Origin: Candidatus Omnitrophota bacterium
Lineage (GTDB): Bacteria > Omnitrophota > Gorgyraeia > Zapsychrales > Zapsychraceae
Direction: 5' to 3'
Assembly: GCA_050250375.1 (NCBI GenBank)
Contig: JBFWOS010000002.1
Coordinates: forward strand, 77,547-141,546
Length of the DNA stretch: 64,000 nt
Shown: positions 30,463 to 40,216 of the stretch, in pieces
Position numbering within the stretch: the first letter of the stretch is position 1
Layout: the number at the start of each line of letters is the position of its first letter
Notes under the pieces: generated by a model
The model's input: only the letters and a program-made list of their open reading frames with translations
Database searches by the model: none
Told to the model about the DNA's origin: nothing
Position numbers and translations under genes: made by a program

Positions 30463-30825
30463 ATGGTCACAAATGCTGGAGCTACATTAAGAAAAATTGA
30501 AGAAAAATATTTAAAACAAGATCTGCCGGATTTCCATGTGGGTGATACCGTAAAAATGAAGATCAAGGTTCAGGAGGCCGATAAGATTCGTACTCATCCG
30601 TTTGAGGGAACCATTATCCGAAAGACCGGCCGCGGGTTAAAAGGTTCATTTACTGTCCGTAAGGTTTCTTTTGGAGAAGGCGTGGAAAAAAGTTTTCCGT
30701 TACATTCACCGGTGATTGAAAGCATGTCTGTAGTCAGTAAAGGGATCGTAAAACGATCTAAGCTTTACTATCTGAGAGACCGTGTAGGTAAAAAGGCACG
30801 TGTTCAGCGTGAACAAACGCAATAG
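30463..30825 (+). CDS. rplS: 50S ribosomal protein L19
   Basis: Conserved bL19 sequence, 120 aa, downstream of trmD. Confidence 0.95.
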   Translation: MVTNAGATLRKIEEKYLKQDLPDFHVGDTVKMKIKVQEADKIRTHPFEGTIIRKTGRGLKGSFTVRKVSFGEGVEKSFPLHSPVIESMSVVSKGIVKRSKLYYLRDRVGKKARVQREQTQ

Positions 30826-30904
30826 ATTTGGTTGTACGCACGAAAATTAGGTTGAACAGTTTCCCCTAAATCCTTTCTGTGGTTTATGACCCCTGGTCCG
30901 GCTG

Positions 30905-31522
30905 ATGCTTGATTTTGAACAATCCGTTAAAAATGAAGGATATCGTTTTATTATCGGTATTGATGAGGCCGGGCGAGGTCCTCTCGCAGGGCCGGTAGTC
31001 GCCAGCGCCGTTGCTGTCCGGCACTATGATTTTTCATCCAAAATCGCTGATTCAAAAACAATCTCATCCTTGCAGAGAGAGGTAGCGTTTCAAGAAATAC
31101 TTGAGAAATCATATGTCGGCGTAGGCATTATTAATGAAACGGTTATTGATGACGTTAACATCCTGCAGGCAACATATATCGCCATGAACAATGCCGTATT
31201 GCAGTTAATGAATTCTTTGGAAAAGGAAAAGGGGATTCAGGATGACCGGTCCGGGACTTGTCTTCTAGTTGACGGGAATCGTTTTAAGACAGATTTGCCT
31301 TATACATACAAGACAGTTATCAAAGGGGATAGCAAGGTTTTCAGCATAGCCTGCGCTTCCATTGTTTCCAAGGTTATCAGAGACAGGATCCTTATGGCGT
31401 ATGACCGGATTTTTCCAGATTACGGATTTAAGAAACATAAAGGTTATCCGACGTCAGATCACAAAAAGGCCATTGTCCGGCACGGGTTATCCATGATTCA
31501 TCGAAAAACATTCATTCATTGA
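30905..31522 (+). CDS. rnhB: Ribonuclease HII
   Basis: 'IIGIDEAGRGPLAGPVV' active-site motif. Confidence 0.92.
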   Translation: MLDFEQSVKNEGYRFIIGIDEAGRGPLAGPVVASAVAVRHYDFSSKIADSKTISSLQREVAFQEILEKSYVGVGIINETVIDDVNILQATYIAMNNAVLQLMNSLEKEKGIQDDRSGTCLLVDGNRFKTDLPYTYKTVIKGDSKVFSIACASIVSKVIRDRILMAYDRIFPDYGFKKHKGYPTSDHKKAIVRHGLSMIHRKTFIH

Positions 31523-31899
31523 TGAGCAAAGAGTACACACATATTGACCTGGGAGTTGAGGGGGAACGGTTAGCCGCCGAACATCTGGTTAAAAACGGTT
31601 ATGAGATTATTGAATGTAACTACCGGTGTAAGATTGGTGAAATCGATATTGTTGCCAGGCAGAAAAATGTGCTTTGTTTTGTTGAAGTTAAAACACGGAC
31701 ATCACCTGACCAGGGCCACCCGTTGGAATCCATCACTCTTTTAAAACAACGGAAAATAAGTTTATCGGCGTTATCCTATTTACAGGAACACGAAATTCTT
31801 TATCTTCAGGATTCCCGGTTTGATGTGGTGTCTATTCTGGATGATGGTGGGGAAGTTCAAATCGAGATTATTCCAAATGCCTTCGATAGTTGTGTTTAA
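31519..31899 (+). CDS. YraN-family (UPF0102) endonuclease-like protein
   Basis: 'GEIDIVA' and 'FVEVKTR' motifs. It follows rnhB, the conserved rnhB-yraN pairing. Confidence 0.8.
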   Translation: MMSKEYTHIDLGVEGERLAAEHLVKNGYEIIECNYRCKIGEIDIVARQKNVLCFVEVKTRTSPDQGHPLESITLLKQRKISLSALSYLQEHEILYLQDSRFDVVSILDDGGEVQIEIIPNAFDSCV

Positions 31900-32015
31900 A
31901 TTTTAGATGAAATCGTTGAAATGGTCCCGCCTTTAAGTTATGATAAGGCAGTTAATTGCACTTAAATTCATATCATAAGATTTCATATCCCTGCTTTATT
32001 TATATTCATTAATTC

Positions 32016-32501
32016 ATGGCGAAGCTTTTTAAAAACCATACTCTAGATCAATATCTTGACATATTGTCTAAAAAACAACCTGTTCCCGGCGGCGGATCTG
32101 CGGCTGCGTTGACAGCTGCCTGCGGGTTAGCCCTCTTGTCCATGGTTACGAACTATTCGATTGGAAAGACAGGTTCGAAGTCAGACGATAAGAAAATGCT
32201 TAACCAGCTAAAAAAGTCGGAAAGTTTAAGGAAGAGATTAACGGAATTGATTGATTTGGACGCCCAGGCATACCTGCAGGTGGTGAAAACCAGGGGACAA
32301 TCACCGAGCGTGCGCAAAAAAGCTCAGAAAAATGCGGAAAAGATTCCATTGGAAGTCGGAAAATTATGTTATAAAGGCGTGCTGCTGGCCCCGTTTTTAG
32401 TCGAAAAAGGGAATAAATATTTAATCTCAGATATTGAAGTAGCGGTGGAAATGCTTAAAGCCGCATATAATTCCGCACTCGCATTACAAAATCATAATTA
32501 G
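32016..32501 (+). CDS. Cyclodeaminase/cyclohydrolase-family protein (FTCD C-terminal-domain-like; probable methenyl-THF cyclohydrolase-type)
   Basis: 'LSKKQPVPGGGSAAALTAACGLAL' matches the FTCD_C / FchA fold signature. It is adjacent to folD. Confidence 0.7.
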   Translation: MAKLFKNHTLDQYLDILSKKQPVPGGGSAAALTAACGLALLSMVTNYSIGKTGSKSDDKKMLNQLKKSESLRKRLTELIDLDAQAYLQVVKTRGQSPSVRKKAQKNAEKIPLEVGKLCYKGVLLAPFLVEKGNKYLISDIEVAVEMLKAAYNSALALQNHN

Positions 32502-32507
32502 GATAAG

Positions 32508-33377
32508 ATGAAGACAATGGCACAATTATTAGACGGGAAAATATTAGCCCAGGATTTAAAAAATCAGTTGAAAAGTGAAGTTGCTGATTTGGGCAAGAAA
32601 TTCGGACGTGTTCCCCGTTTGATTAATATCATGATTGGTGAAGATAAAGGTTCCTGTGCTTATGCCAATTCGCAACGAAAAGTAGCGGAATACATCGGTA
32701 TTGAATATGAATTAATCAGTTTCCCGACGCGTATTACACAGGCAGAATTCGGTAAAAGAATTATTGAGTTTAACCACGATCCGACCGTAAACGGGATCAT
32801 GCTTCATAAGCCTGTGCCTGAGCATATTGACTATAACACCATTGCGAACCTTGTCGGGATGGAAAAAGATCTGGAAGGAATTAATGTCGCCAATATCGGG
32901 AAAATGCTGCTGGGAGAGACTAATATTATTCCCTGCACCCCTCAAGCGGTTATGGAACATATCAAGTCCACCAATGTCAATATCCGGGGAAAAGAAGCTG
33001 TCATCGTTGGGGCCAGTGGAATTGTAGGGAAGCCGTTGAGTATCCTCCTGATCGAGAAGTACGCGACGGTAACAGTCTGTCATGTAGCGACCAGTGAGGC
33101 GGGAAAATTGATTGACCACGTATCCAGGGCTGATATTCTGATCGTAGCGGTGGGTAAACCCGAATTGATAAAAGGGAGCTGGATTAAAGAGGGCGCGATG
33201 GTTATTGATGTCGGGATAAACCTGGTGGGGGCAAAGATCGTTGGTGATGTTGAATTTGATTCGGCGCAGGAAAAAGCGTCGTTTATTACGCCCGTTCCGG
33301 GAGGGGTAGGGCCTGTCACGGTAGTCATGCTGATGAAAAACGGCGTTGAGGCGTTTAAAATGCAAAATCATGAATGA
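32508..33377 (+). CDS. folD: Bifunctional 5,10-methylene-THF dehydrogenase / methenyl-THF cyclohydrolase
   Basis: 'GASGIVGKPL' NADP motif and 'PVPGGVGPVTVVML'. Confidence 0.93.
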   Translation: MKTMAQLLDGKILAQDLKNQLKSEVADLGKKFGRVPRLINIMIGEDKGSCAYANSQRKVAEYIGIEYELISFPTRITQAEFGKRIIEFNHDPTVNGIMLHKPVPEHIDYNTIANLVGMEKDLEGINVANIGKMLLGETNIIPCTPQAVMEHIKSTNVNIRGKEAVIVGASGIVGKPLSILLIEKYATVTVCHVATSEAGKLIDHVSRADILIVAVGKPELIKGSWIKEGAMVIDVGINLVGAKIVGDVEFDSAQEKASFITPVPGGVGPVTVVMLMKNGVEAFKMQNHE

Positions 33378-33386
33378 GGAAAAGGG

Positions 33387-34682
33387 ATGAAAAAAGTAGT
33401 CATATTAGGGAATTCAATGGCAGCGATTAAAACTGTGGAACTGATTAAACCGCAGATAGAAGATTGTCAGATTTTTTTGGCGCCTTTAAGCGATCATTTA
33501 AGCGTCGAAAAGCAACGTTATATTGATATGATTGATCATCAGCTTAAATCAAAACAAATTTATTACAAAACAAAAGAGTTTTATGAAAAGAACAACATCA
33601 AAATTATCAATGAAAAAAAGGTCACCCGGGTCAATGTTAGCCGTAAGAAGATCCATTTCGAGGATCGAACCCAATTAGATTTTGACATACTAATCCTGTG
33701 TGATACTCCTGACCATCGATACGGGGATTTGAAGGGGACGAATAAGGTTGGTGTTTTCGGATTTAGGAACATCAAAGATATCGAGCAGATCAGTACATTA
33801 GCGGCATTGAACGACACTATTGCCATTGAGGCGGATCAATGGTGGGGGCTTGAACTGTCCATGCTTTTTTCTACTAAGAAAAAAGAAGTGATTCTATCTA
33901 TTTCGGCCAATCATCCGTTGCTTCAAGGTGCTCCGGAGGAGTATAAGGAATGGGTGACGGCAAAATTAAAGAGCAAAGGGATAAGTCTGCTCATCAATAA
34001 CCCGATTAATGAAATATTAGGTGAGGGTGATCTGAAAGCTATAAAGACACGTTCGGGGAAAGTATATGCTACTGATTTAGTCATTCTGGAGAATACCCAC
34101 CTTGATACGCGGGTTTTTAACGAGGCTCTTGAAATAAGTCAAGAGTCAATCGTTGTTGATGACCAATATAAGACCAACATTGAGGACGTCTATGCCGTAG
34201 ATGTTGCCGCTCAACGCAGCCGGGAATTATGGAGCAGTTATGGACCGAGAAATGAATTTCTTGAATATCAGGCTAAGGTATTGACTGCGGCTTTATTGAA
34301 GAAAGAGGAAAGTGTTGAATTGCCAATTCCGGTGTTTCATATCAAAAAGGAAGATTTTTTACTGTTTGCCGTTGGGCAGGTAACGGAGCGCAGGGGTGTG
34401 AAATCGGTTTTCAAGTTTGATGCCCAGGAAGGACGATTTGTACGTTTGTTTGAAAAGGAAGGGCGATTGATAGGTGTTATTACGCTGAACGTTGCGGTGG
34501 ATCCGGAACAAGTGGTGGGCCGAATAAGGGATAATGCATCAGTTAATTCTTTTCAGGAATGGTTGCTTCCATCAACGGCTGCAGAGGTTATTTCCTCACA
34601 AGATGTTCTTATCAATGAGGTTGCGGATCATTCGGCTGTCGAAGATGCCGGAAATGCATTGGAACAGACAAATTCAGCCTGA
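33387..34682 (+). CDS. Pyridine-nucleotide-disulfide oxidoreductase (Pyr_redox_2) homolog with degenerate FAD and NAD binding motifs; probable pseudoenzyme
   Basis: Architecture resembles NADH oxidase / CoA-disulfide reductase. The first GxGxxG is 'GNSMAA' and the second Rossmann motif reads 'EADQWWGLELS'. The 'yAiGD' position reads 'YAVDVAA'. Confidence 0.55.
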   Translation: MKKVVILGNSMAAIKTVELIKPQIEDCQIFLAPLSDHLSVEKQRYIDMIDHQLKSKQIYYKTKEFYEKNNIKIINEKKVTRVNVSRKKIHFEDRTQLDFDILILCDTPDHRYGDLKGTNKVGVFGFRNIKDIEQISTLAALNDTIAIEADQWWGLELSMLFSTKKKEVILSISANHPLLQGAPEEYKEWVTAKLKSKGISLLINNPINEILGEGDLKAIKTRSGKVYATDLVILENTHLDTRVFNEALEISQESIVVDDQYKTNIEDVYAVDVAAQRSRELWSSYGPRNEFLEYQAKVLTAALLKKEESVELPIPVFHIKKEDFLLFAVGQVTERRGVKSVFKFDAQEGRFVRLFEKEGRLIGVITLNVAVDPEQVVGRIRDNASVNSFQEWLLPSTAAEVISSQDVLINEVADHSAVEDAGNALEQTNSA

Positions 34683-34728
34683 CTTTTAAAAGAATGAAAT
34701 TAACTTGTCAAACGGTTGATAATATATT

Positions 34729-35574
34729 ATGCTTATCACAAAGAACATCATAAAAAAAACCGTTCTTAAATTTGTAACTCTTCTGATTTTCATATCCATT
34801 ATTACCTTTCATACGGATACCTTAGCTGCTTCAAACAAGAAATTGTACGATCAATACCGAGAACTCGGAATTATAGAACAGCAAAAAGGTAATTATAATG
34901 AGGCGTTAACCTATTTTTCCAAGGCCGCTTTATTGGGAAGTGATGATCCGAAAATCTTTAACGATATGGGTGTTATTTACGAACAGATGGGTTTTTTGGG
35001 AAAGGCAGAAAAGCATTATTCCACCGCCATTAAAAAGGACCGTAATTATCTTCCCTCTTATAGCAACATGGCGATGATGTATCTTAATAACGGCTATCCG
35101 GACAAGGCCTTTCCTTATTTCAAGAAACGATATGAATTGTCTAAACCAGGAGATGAATGGGGGCAAAAGGCTAAAGAAGAAATGTTGAAGATTAAACCCG
35201 AATACTTTTCTTGGATTGTACAGCTTGAAGCCGAAAAATTGAATAAACAGATTGTAGAGAAAAACCACCAAGACTTTATTGACCGAGTCAAGAGAGCCAA
35301 TGAGCATTATTTGAAAGGAGTAAAACACGTCAACAACCAAGAGTTAGAACAGGCCTTAAACGAATTTGATCAGGCGTTGCATATAACGCCCGATAACCCG
35401 AAAATAATAAATGCACGAAAAGATGTTATCAAGATTAGATCAAAAAAACAAGTTAGGGAGCGGTTAGACATAGCGACAAAACAATTCGATGCGGGCGATT
35501 CGTATGCGGCAAAACGTGAACTTCAAAAAATACTCGCCAATTTTCCTGATGAATCTCAAAAAAATTCAAAATAA
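34729..35574 (+). CDS. Secreted TPR-repeat protein
   Basis: N-terminal signal peptide followed by several 34-aa TPR-like repeats, for example 'YNEALTYFSKAALLGSDDPKIFNDMGVIYEQMG'. Confidence 0.6.
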   Translation: MLITKNIIKKTVLKFVTLLIFISIITFHTDTLAASNKKLYDQYRELGIIEQQKGNYNEALTYFSKAALLGSDDPKIFNDMGVIYEQMGFLGKAEKHYSTAIKKDRNYLPSYSNMAMMYLNNGYPDKAFPYFKKRYELSKPGDEWGQKAKEEMLKIKPEYFSWIVQLEAEKLNKQIVEKNHQDFIDRVKRANEHYLKGVKHVNNQELEQALNEFDQALHITPDNPKIINARKDVIKIRSKKQVRERLDIATKQFDAGDSYAAKRELQKILANFPDESQKNSK

Positions 35575-35637
35575 ATTGTGATCATGAAACCCACATTATT
35601 TCTGTGATACGCATAAGTTCATAAAAAATATTAAAAA

Positions 35638-38193
35638 TTGATGGATAAATTGTTCTTAATTGATGGGCATGCTTTATGTTACCGGTCGTTTTTTGGTTTG
35701 GAACTGAGTTCTAGTACCGGGCAGGCGACCAATGCGATTTTCGGGTTTGTCACCAGTCTTCGAAAGATTTTACGGGAATTTGACCCGAAGTATTTAGCCG
35801 TTTGTTTTGACTCAAAAGAGAGAACCCGCCGGGCAGAGAAATTTGTTGATTATAAGATCCAGCGGCAAAAGATGCCTGAACAGCTCATTGAGCAAATTCC
35901 CATTATTAAAGAGATCCTCAATGCGTACCACCTTCCCATATTCGAAGTGGGGGGATATGAGGCGGATGACATCATTGCGACGTTAACGCATTTGGCCAAT
36001 GAGAATAAACTTGAAGTGACGATTGTCAGCGAAGACAAGGATATGTACCAGCTAAGCAATGATCAGACAAATTTCTTGAGTCTGCGGAAAGATCAAATTT
36101 TAAAAACGGAGGATATCCGGCTTAAACTCGGTTTTGATCCTGTCCACATTATCGATTTTATTGCCCTGGCAGGTGATGTTTCAGACAACATACCGGGCGT
36201 CACTGGAATTGGGGAAGTGACGGCAAGAAAATTAATAAATAATTTCGGAAATCTCGAGGAAATCTACAAAAATATGGCCAGTATCGACAAAGAAAAGATA
36301 AAAGAGAAATTAATCAATCAAAAGGATATGGCCTTTTTAAGCAAAGAACTGGCGGTGTTAGAAAAGAATGTTCCGTTAAATTTTGACCTCGAAGAATTAA
36401 AAGTGGGCAAGCCAGATAAGAATCGTTTACATGATTTATTCAAACAACTGGAATTCAAACGCTTTGTTCAAGAGTATGCGGATGGGCAGGTCCAGGAGTA
36501 TAACGTTAATATTAAAGAATTGACAAGTGAGCAAGACATCGGAGCGGTGCTAAAAGAGATCCAGAAAACAAAACGGTTTGCTTTTTTAAATGACAGCCAG
36601 GAGGGCGTATTGTTTGGCCAGGTCTATTTGGCAGCGGGAGATAAGATTTACAGCCTGTCCAGTGATCGGGTGCCCCGACTTAAAAAAATATGGGAAGATG
36701 AATCTATCATCAAAGTAACGTACAATTGTAAAGAAATGTTTAAGTTCTTGTCCGGTTTTAAGATTGAACCATCGGGGGAGATTTTTGATGTGCTTTTGGC
36801 CGGCTACCTTTTATCAGCGAATGTTTCGACCTATTCGCCGGGTGAGTTTGCCTGGACGTATCTTAATGTCACAATTGGAGAGGAACACCTGAAGGCAAAA
36901 GAAACGGATATTATTTATAAATTATATGATGTCTTGAAGCCGAAATTGAAGGAATCAACGCTTGATGAATTGTATGAAAGGATTGAAAGGCCTTTGGCAT
37001 ACGTCCTTTATAAAATGGAAAGCTGCGGCGTTAAATTGGACGAATCTCATTTAAAGAAGTTGTCACAGACGTGTCAAAGCAAAATGGACGAATTGACAAA
37101 GAAATTATATGAGTTGGCGGGTGAAGAATTTAACATTAATTCACCAAAGCAATTGGGAGTTATATTGTTTGAGAAGCTGTCGCTGCCGTCTATAAAGCGT
37201 ACAAAGACGGGACATTCAACGGACGAAGAAGTCCTTACAAAATTAAGCGGGTTACATGAATTCCCGTCCATGATTTTAGAGTTCCGTCAATTGGCGAAAC
37301 TTAAGTCGACCTACATTGATGCGTTTCCCAAATTGATCAATCCGCAGACGGGCAGGATTCATGCTGAATTCAACCAAATCGGCGCAGAAACGGGACGTTT
37401 AAGCTCAAGACATCCCAATTTGCAGAATATTCCCATTCGAACCGAGCTCGGTAAGCAGGTCAGAAAAGCGATTATTCCGTCGGATGGTAAGCTGATGTTA
37501 TCGGCGGACTACTCCCAAATCGAATTAAGAATACTTGCGCATCTGTCGGCCGATGCCTCATTGCTGGAGGCCTTCAATCGGGACCAGGACATCCATAATT
37601 ATACAGCGTCCTTGATTTTTGATATTGACCAGTCAAAAGTCGATTACGCCATGCGGGACACGGCAAAGAGAGTCAATTTCGGTATAGTGTATGGGATGAG
37701 CGGATTTGGATTGTCCAAAGACTTGGGCATCAGTCAAAAAGAGGCCCAGGATTTTATTGACCGGTATTTTCGCCGCTATCCGCAGGTTAAGGTTTTTATG
37801 GATCAGCAGATTGAACATTGCAAGAAAAATGGCTACGTGCTGACACTGTTAAACCGACGGCGGTATATCCCTGATATTAACAGCAAGAATAATTCCGTCC
37901 GGCAATTTGCCGAACGCCAGGCGATTAACACACCCGTCCAAGGTTCGGCCGCTGATTTGATGAAATTGGCCATGATCAATGTGTATAACGAAATGGTTAA
38001 AGAAAAACTGAAGTCCCAGATGTTAATTACCGTCCATGACGAATTGGTTTTTGATCTTCTTCCTGATGAACGGGAAACAATGCTTTCGTTGGTGAAGAAT
38101 ATTATGGAAAGCACTATTGAATTAAGCGTGCCGGTGAAGGTCGATCTGAAAATCGGTAAAAATTGGATGGAAATGGAAAAGGTTAAGGTTTAG
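35638..38193 (+). CDS. polA: DNA polymerase I (5'-3' exonuclease, 3'-5' exonuclease-like and polymerase domains)
   Basis: 5' nuclease N-terminus 'LIDGHALCYRSFF', polymerase motif A 'LSADYSQIELRILAH', motif B 'RRYIPDINS..R..AERQAINTPVQGSAAD' and motif C 'VHDELVF'. Confidence 0.95.
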   Translation: MMDKLFLIDGHALCYRSFFGLELSSSTGQATNAIFGFVTSLRKILREFDPKYLAVCFDSKERTRRAEKFVDYKIQRQKMPEQLIEQIPIIKEILNAYHLPIFEVGGYEADDIIATLTHLANENKLEVTIVSEDKDMYQLSNDQTNFLSLRKDQILKTEDIRLKLGFDPVHIIDFIALAGDVSDNIPGVTGIGEVTARKLINNFGNLEEIYKNMASIDKEKIKEKLINQKDMAFLSKELAVLEKNVPLNFDLEELKVGKPDKNRLHDLFKQLEFKRFVQEYADGQVQEYNVNIKELTSEQDIGAVLKEIQKTKRFAFLNDSQEGVLFGQVYLAAGDKIYSLSSDRVPRLKKIWEDESIIKVTYNCKEMFKFLSGFKIEPSGEIFDVLLAGYLLSANVSTYSPGEFAWTYLNVTIGEEHLKAKETDIIYKLYDVLKPKLKESTLDELYERIERPLAYVLYKMESCGVKLDESHLKKLSQTCQSKMDELTKKLYELAGEEFNINSPKQLGVILFEKLSLPSIKRTKTGHSTDEEVLTKLSGLHEFPSMILEFRQLAKLKSTYIDAFPKLINPQTGRIHAEFNQIGAETGRLSSRHPNLQNIPIRTELGKQVRKAIIPSDGKLMLSADYSQIELRILAHLSADASLLEAFNRDQDIHNYTASLIFDIDQSKVDYAMRDTAKRVNFGIVYGMSGFGLSKDLGISQKEAQDFIDRYFRRYPQVKVFMDQQIEHCKKNGYVLTLLNRRRYIPDINSKNNSVRQFAERQAINTPVQGSAADLMKLAMINVYNEMVKEKLKSQMLITVHDELVFDLLPDERETMLSLVKNIMESTIELSVPVKVDLKIGKNWMEMEKVKV

Positions 38194-38196
38194 AAA

Positions 38197-39624
38197 ATGT
38201 TGAAGGTTTTATTTTGTTCTTCAGAAGTTGTACCTTTTGCCAAGACAGGCGGCCTGGCTGATGTATGCGGGACATTACCGGTCGTTCTGGCGGAATTAGG
38301 GGTGGACGTAAAAGTCGTGATGCCGAAATATCGGTCAATCAATGAAGACGAATTTGATATTTCCAGAATCAATGCCGAATTCTCAAAAGCCAAGCTCCAT
38401 AAGAATGTTGAGATCTATTTTATAGAGAATGAAACATATTACAACCGTGAAGGACTTTATGGGAACCAGGCAGGGGACTTCCCGGATAATCTTGAACGAT
38501 TTAAATTTTTCAATTTGCAATCATTAAAACTTCTCAAAATGATCAATTGGCCTTGCGATATTATCCATTGTCATGACTGGCACGCCGCGTTGATCCCGGT
38601 TTACCTCAAAACAATCTTTCAGGATGATGATTTTTTTAAATCGACTAAAACAGTGCTGACAATCCACAATCTGGCTTTTCAAGGGGTTTTCCATAAAGAC
38701 GAATACGGGAAGTTAGAACTCCCGAATGAATTATTCGCCGAGAACGGCTTTTATTTTTACGATAAAATCAATTTTCTTAAAGCCGGAATTATTTTTAGCG
38801 ATGAAGTTTCTACGGTATCCCCTCAGTACGCAACCGATATTCAAACGGACGAATATGGTTGCGGATTAAATAATACCCTGCGTCAATATAAAGACGGCGT
38901 GGTCGGTATTTTAAACGGTTTGGATTATGCTTATTGGAATCCGGAAAGAGATGAATTTATTTCAAAAAGATACACTCTTGATTCCTTTATCGAAGGAAAA
39001 TTGGAAAATAAAATCGAATTGCAGAAGCAGATGAACTTGCCGGTCAATATTGATATGCCTGTTTTTGGATTTGTCGGAAGATTGTCCCACCAAAAGGGAA
39101 TGGACGCAATCATTCAAGCTGTAAATGAAATGGAATCAGATCATTTGCAGATTATAATTCAGGGATTGGGGGAAGAACGTTACCAAAATGAATTGAGTGA
39201 TCTTCAGCGAAATCAAAAGGAAAAACTCTCTTTGTCATTTGAATATAATGAACGGTTAGCCCATATGATCTATGCCGGAAGCGATTGGTTTTTGATGCCA
39301 TCCCAGTTTGAACCGTGCGGATTAACCCAGATGATCAGCATGTGTTACGGAGCGCCGCCTTTAGTCAATCGTACGGGAGGATTGGTCGATACGGTCAAAT
39401 CGTTTAATCCGATAAAATTTAGCGGCAACGGATTAGTTTGTCATGAAAATAACCCTGCCGTCTTTATCAGTACAATCAGGCGGGCGATCGATTTGTTTCA
39501 TGACAAGAAGGTGTACTTTAAATTGGTCGCCAATGCGATGCAGTCGAAATTTCCGTGGAAAGAATCAGCCAAAAAATATAAAGAGTTCTATCTATGTTTA
39601 TTATCGGAATCACAGGAGGGATAG
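38197..39624 (+). CDS. glgA: Glycogen synthase (ADP-glucose type, GT5)
   Basis: 'KTGGLADV' N-terminal signature and a GT-B C-terminal region 'FLMPSQFEPCGLTQ'. Confidence 0.9.
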   Translation: MLKVLFCSSEVVPFAKTGGLADVCGTLPVVLAELGVDVKVVMPKYRSINEDEFDISRINAEFSKAKLHKNVEIYFIENETYYNREGLYGNQAGDFPDNLERFKFFNLQSLKLLKMINWPCDIIHCHDWHAALIPVYLKTIFQDDDFFKSTKTVLTIHNLAFQGVFHKDEYGKLELPNELFAENGFYFYDKINFLKAGIIFSDEVSTVSPQYATDIQTDEYGCGLNNTLRQYKDGVVGILNGLDYAYWNPERDEFISKRYTLDSFIEGKLENKIELQKQMNLPVNIDMPVFGFVGRLSHQKGMDAIIQAVNEMESDHLQIIIQGLGEERYQNELSDLQRNQKEKLSLSFEYNERLAHMIYAGSDWFLMPSQFEPCGLTQMISMCYGAPPLVNRTGGLVDTVKSFNPIKFSGNGLVCHENNPAVFISTIRRAIDLFHDKKVYFKLVANAMQSKFPWKESAKKYKEFYLCLLSESQEG

Positions 39625-40199
39625 CGACAGGTAAGTCAACCGTATCGAGAATGTTTGCCCAGCTGGGGGCAAAAGTGGTGGATGCGGATCGGATTGTCCA
39701 TGCTTTGCTCAAACCCAAAGGCAAATGTGTGGCGAGAATCAAAAAAATATTTGGGCCGGATGTTATTTTGGGCGGCGGAGTAAACCGCAGGGCGTTGGCA
39801 GAAATTGTTTTTAATGACGCCGTTAAGCTAAGAAAATTAGAATCTATCCTGCATCCGTTGGTCCGGTCCATGATTAAGATGCAGTTGAAAGGGTTAAGGA
39901 ATAAGGGATACAAAGGGGTTGTGGTGCTTGATGTCCCCCTATTGTTTGAATCTGAAATGGATCGTGATGTTGATATGACGATTGTGGTCAAAACTTCCCG
40001 AGATATTCAGATTCAAAGAGCTATTAAAAATTTAAATTTAACAAAGAAGGAAGTTTTATCAAGGATAAAATTGCAGATGCCGGTTAAAGAAAAGATTCGA
40101 TTGGCAGACGTGGTGATTGATAATTCAAAGAGTAAAATCGAAACGAATAAAAAGGTGAAACAAATATGGCTAAAAGTGCAACGAAAACCAATACGGTAA
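39594..40199 (+). CDS. coaE: Dephospho-CoA kinase
   Basis: '[16 protein letters not shown]' P-loop; position after polA/glgA. Confidence 0.9.
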   Translation: MFIIGITGGIATGKSTVSRMFAQLGAKVVDADRIVHALLKPKGKCVARIKKIFGPDVILGGGVNRRALAEIVFNDAVKLRKLESILHPLVRSMIKMQLKGLRNKGYKGVVVLDVPLLFESEMDRDVDMTIVVKTSRDIQIQRAIKNLNLTKKEVLSRIKLQMPVKEKIRLADVVIDNSKSKIETNKKVKQIWLKVQRKPIR

Positions 40200-40216
40200 A
40201 AGAGAGGGAAAAAGAG

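Noticed and set aside
30826-32015. Searched the longer intergenic gaps (30826-30904, 31900-32015, 60363-60450, 61082-61157) for tRNA genes
   Set aside because: No T-arm GGTTCGAATCC-like motif, acceptor-stem complementarity or cloverleaf-sized structure was seen. No tRNA or rRNA is called anywhere in the window.
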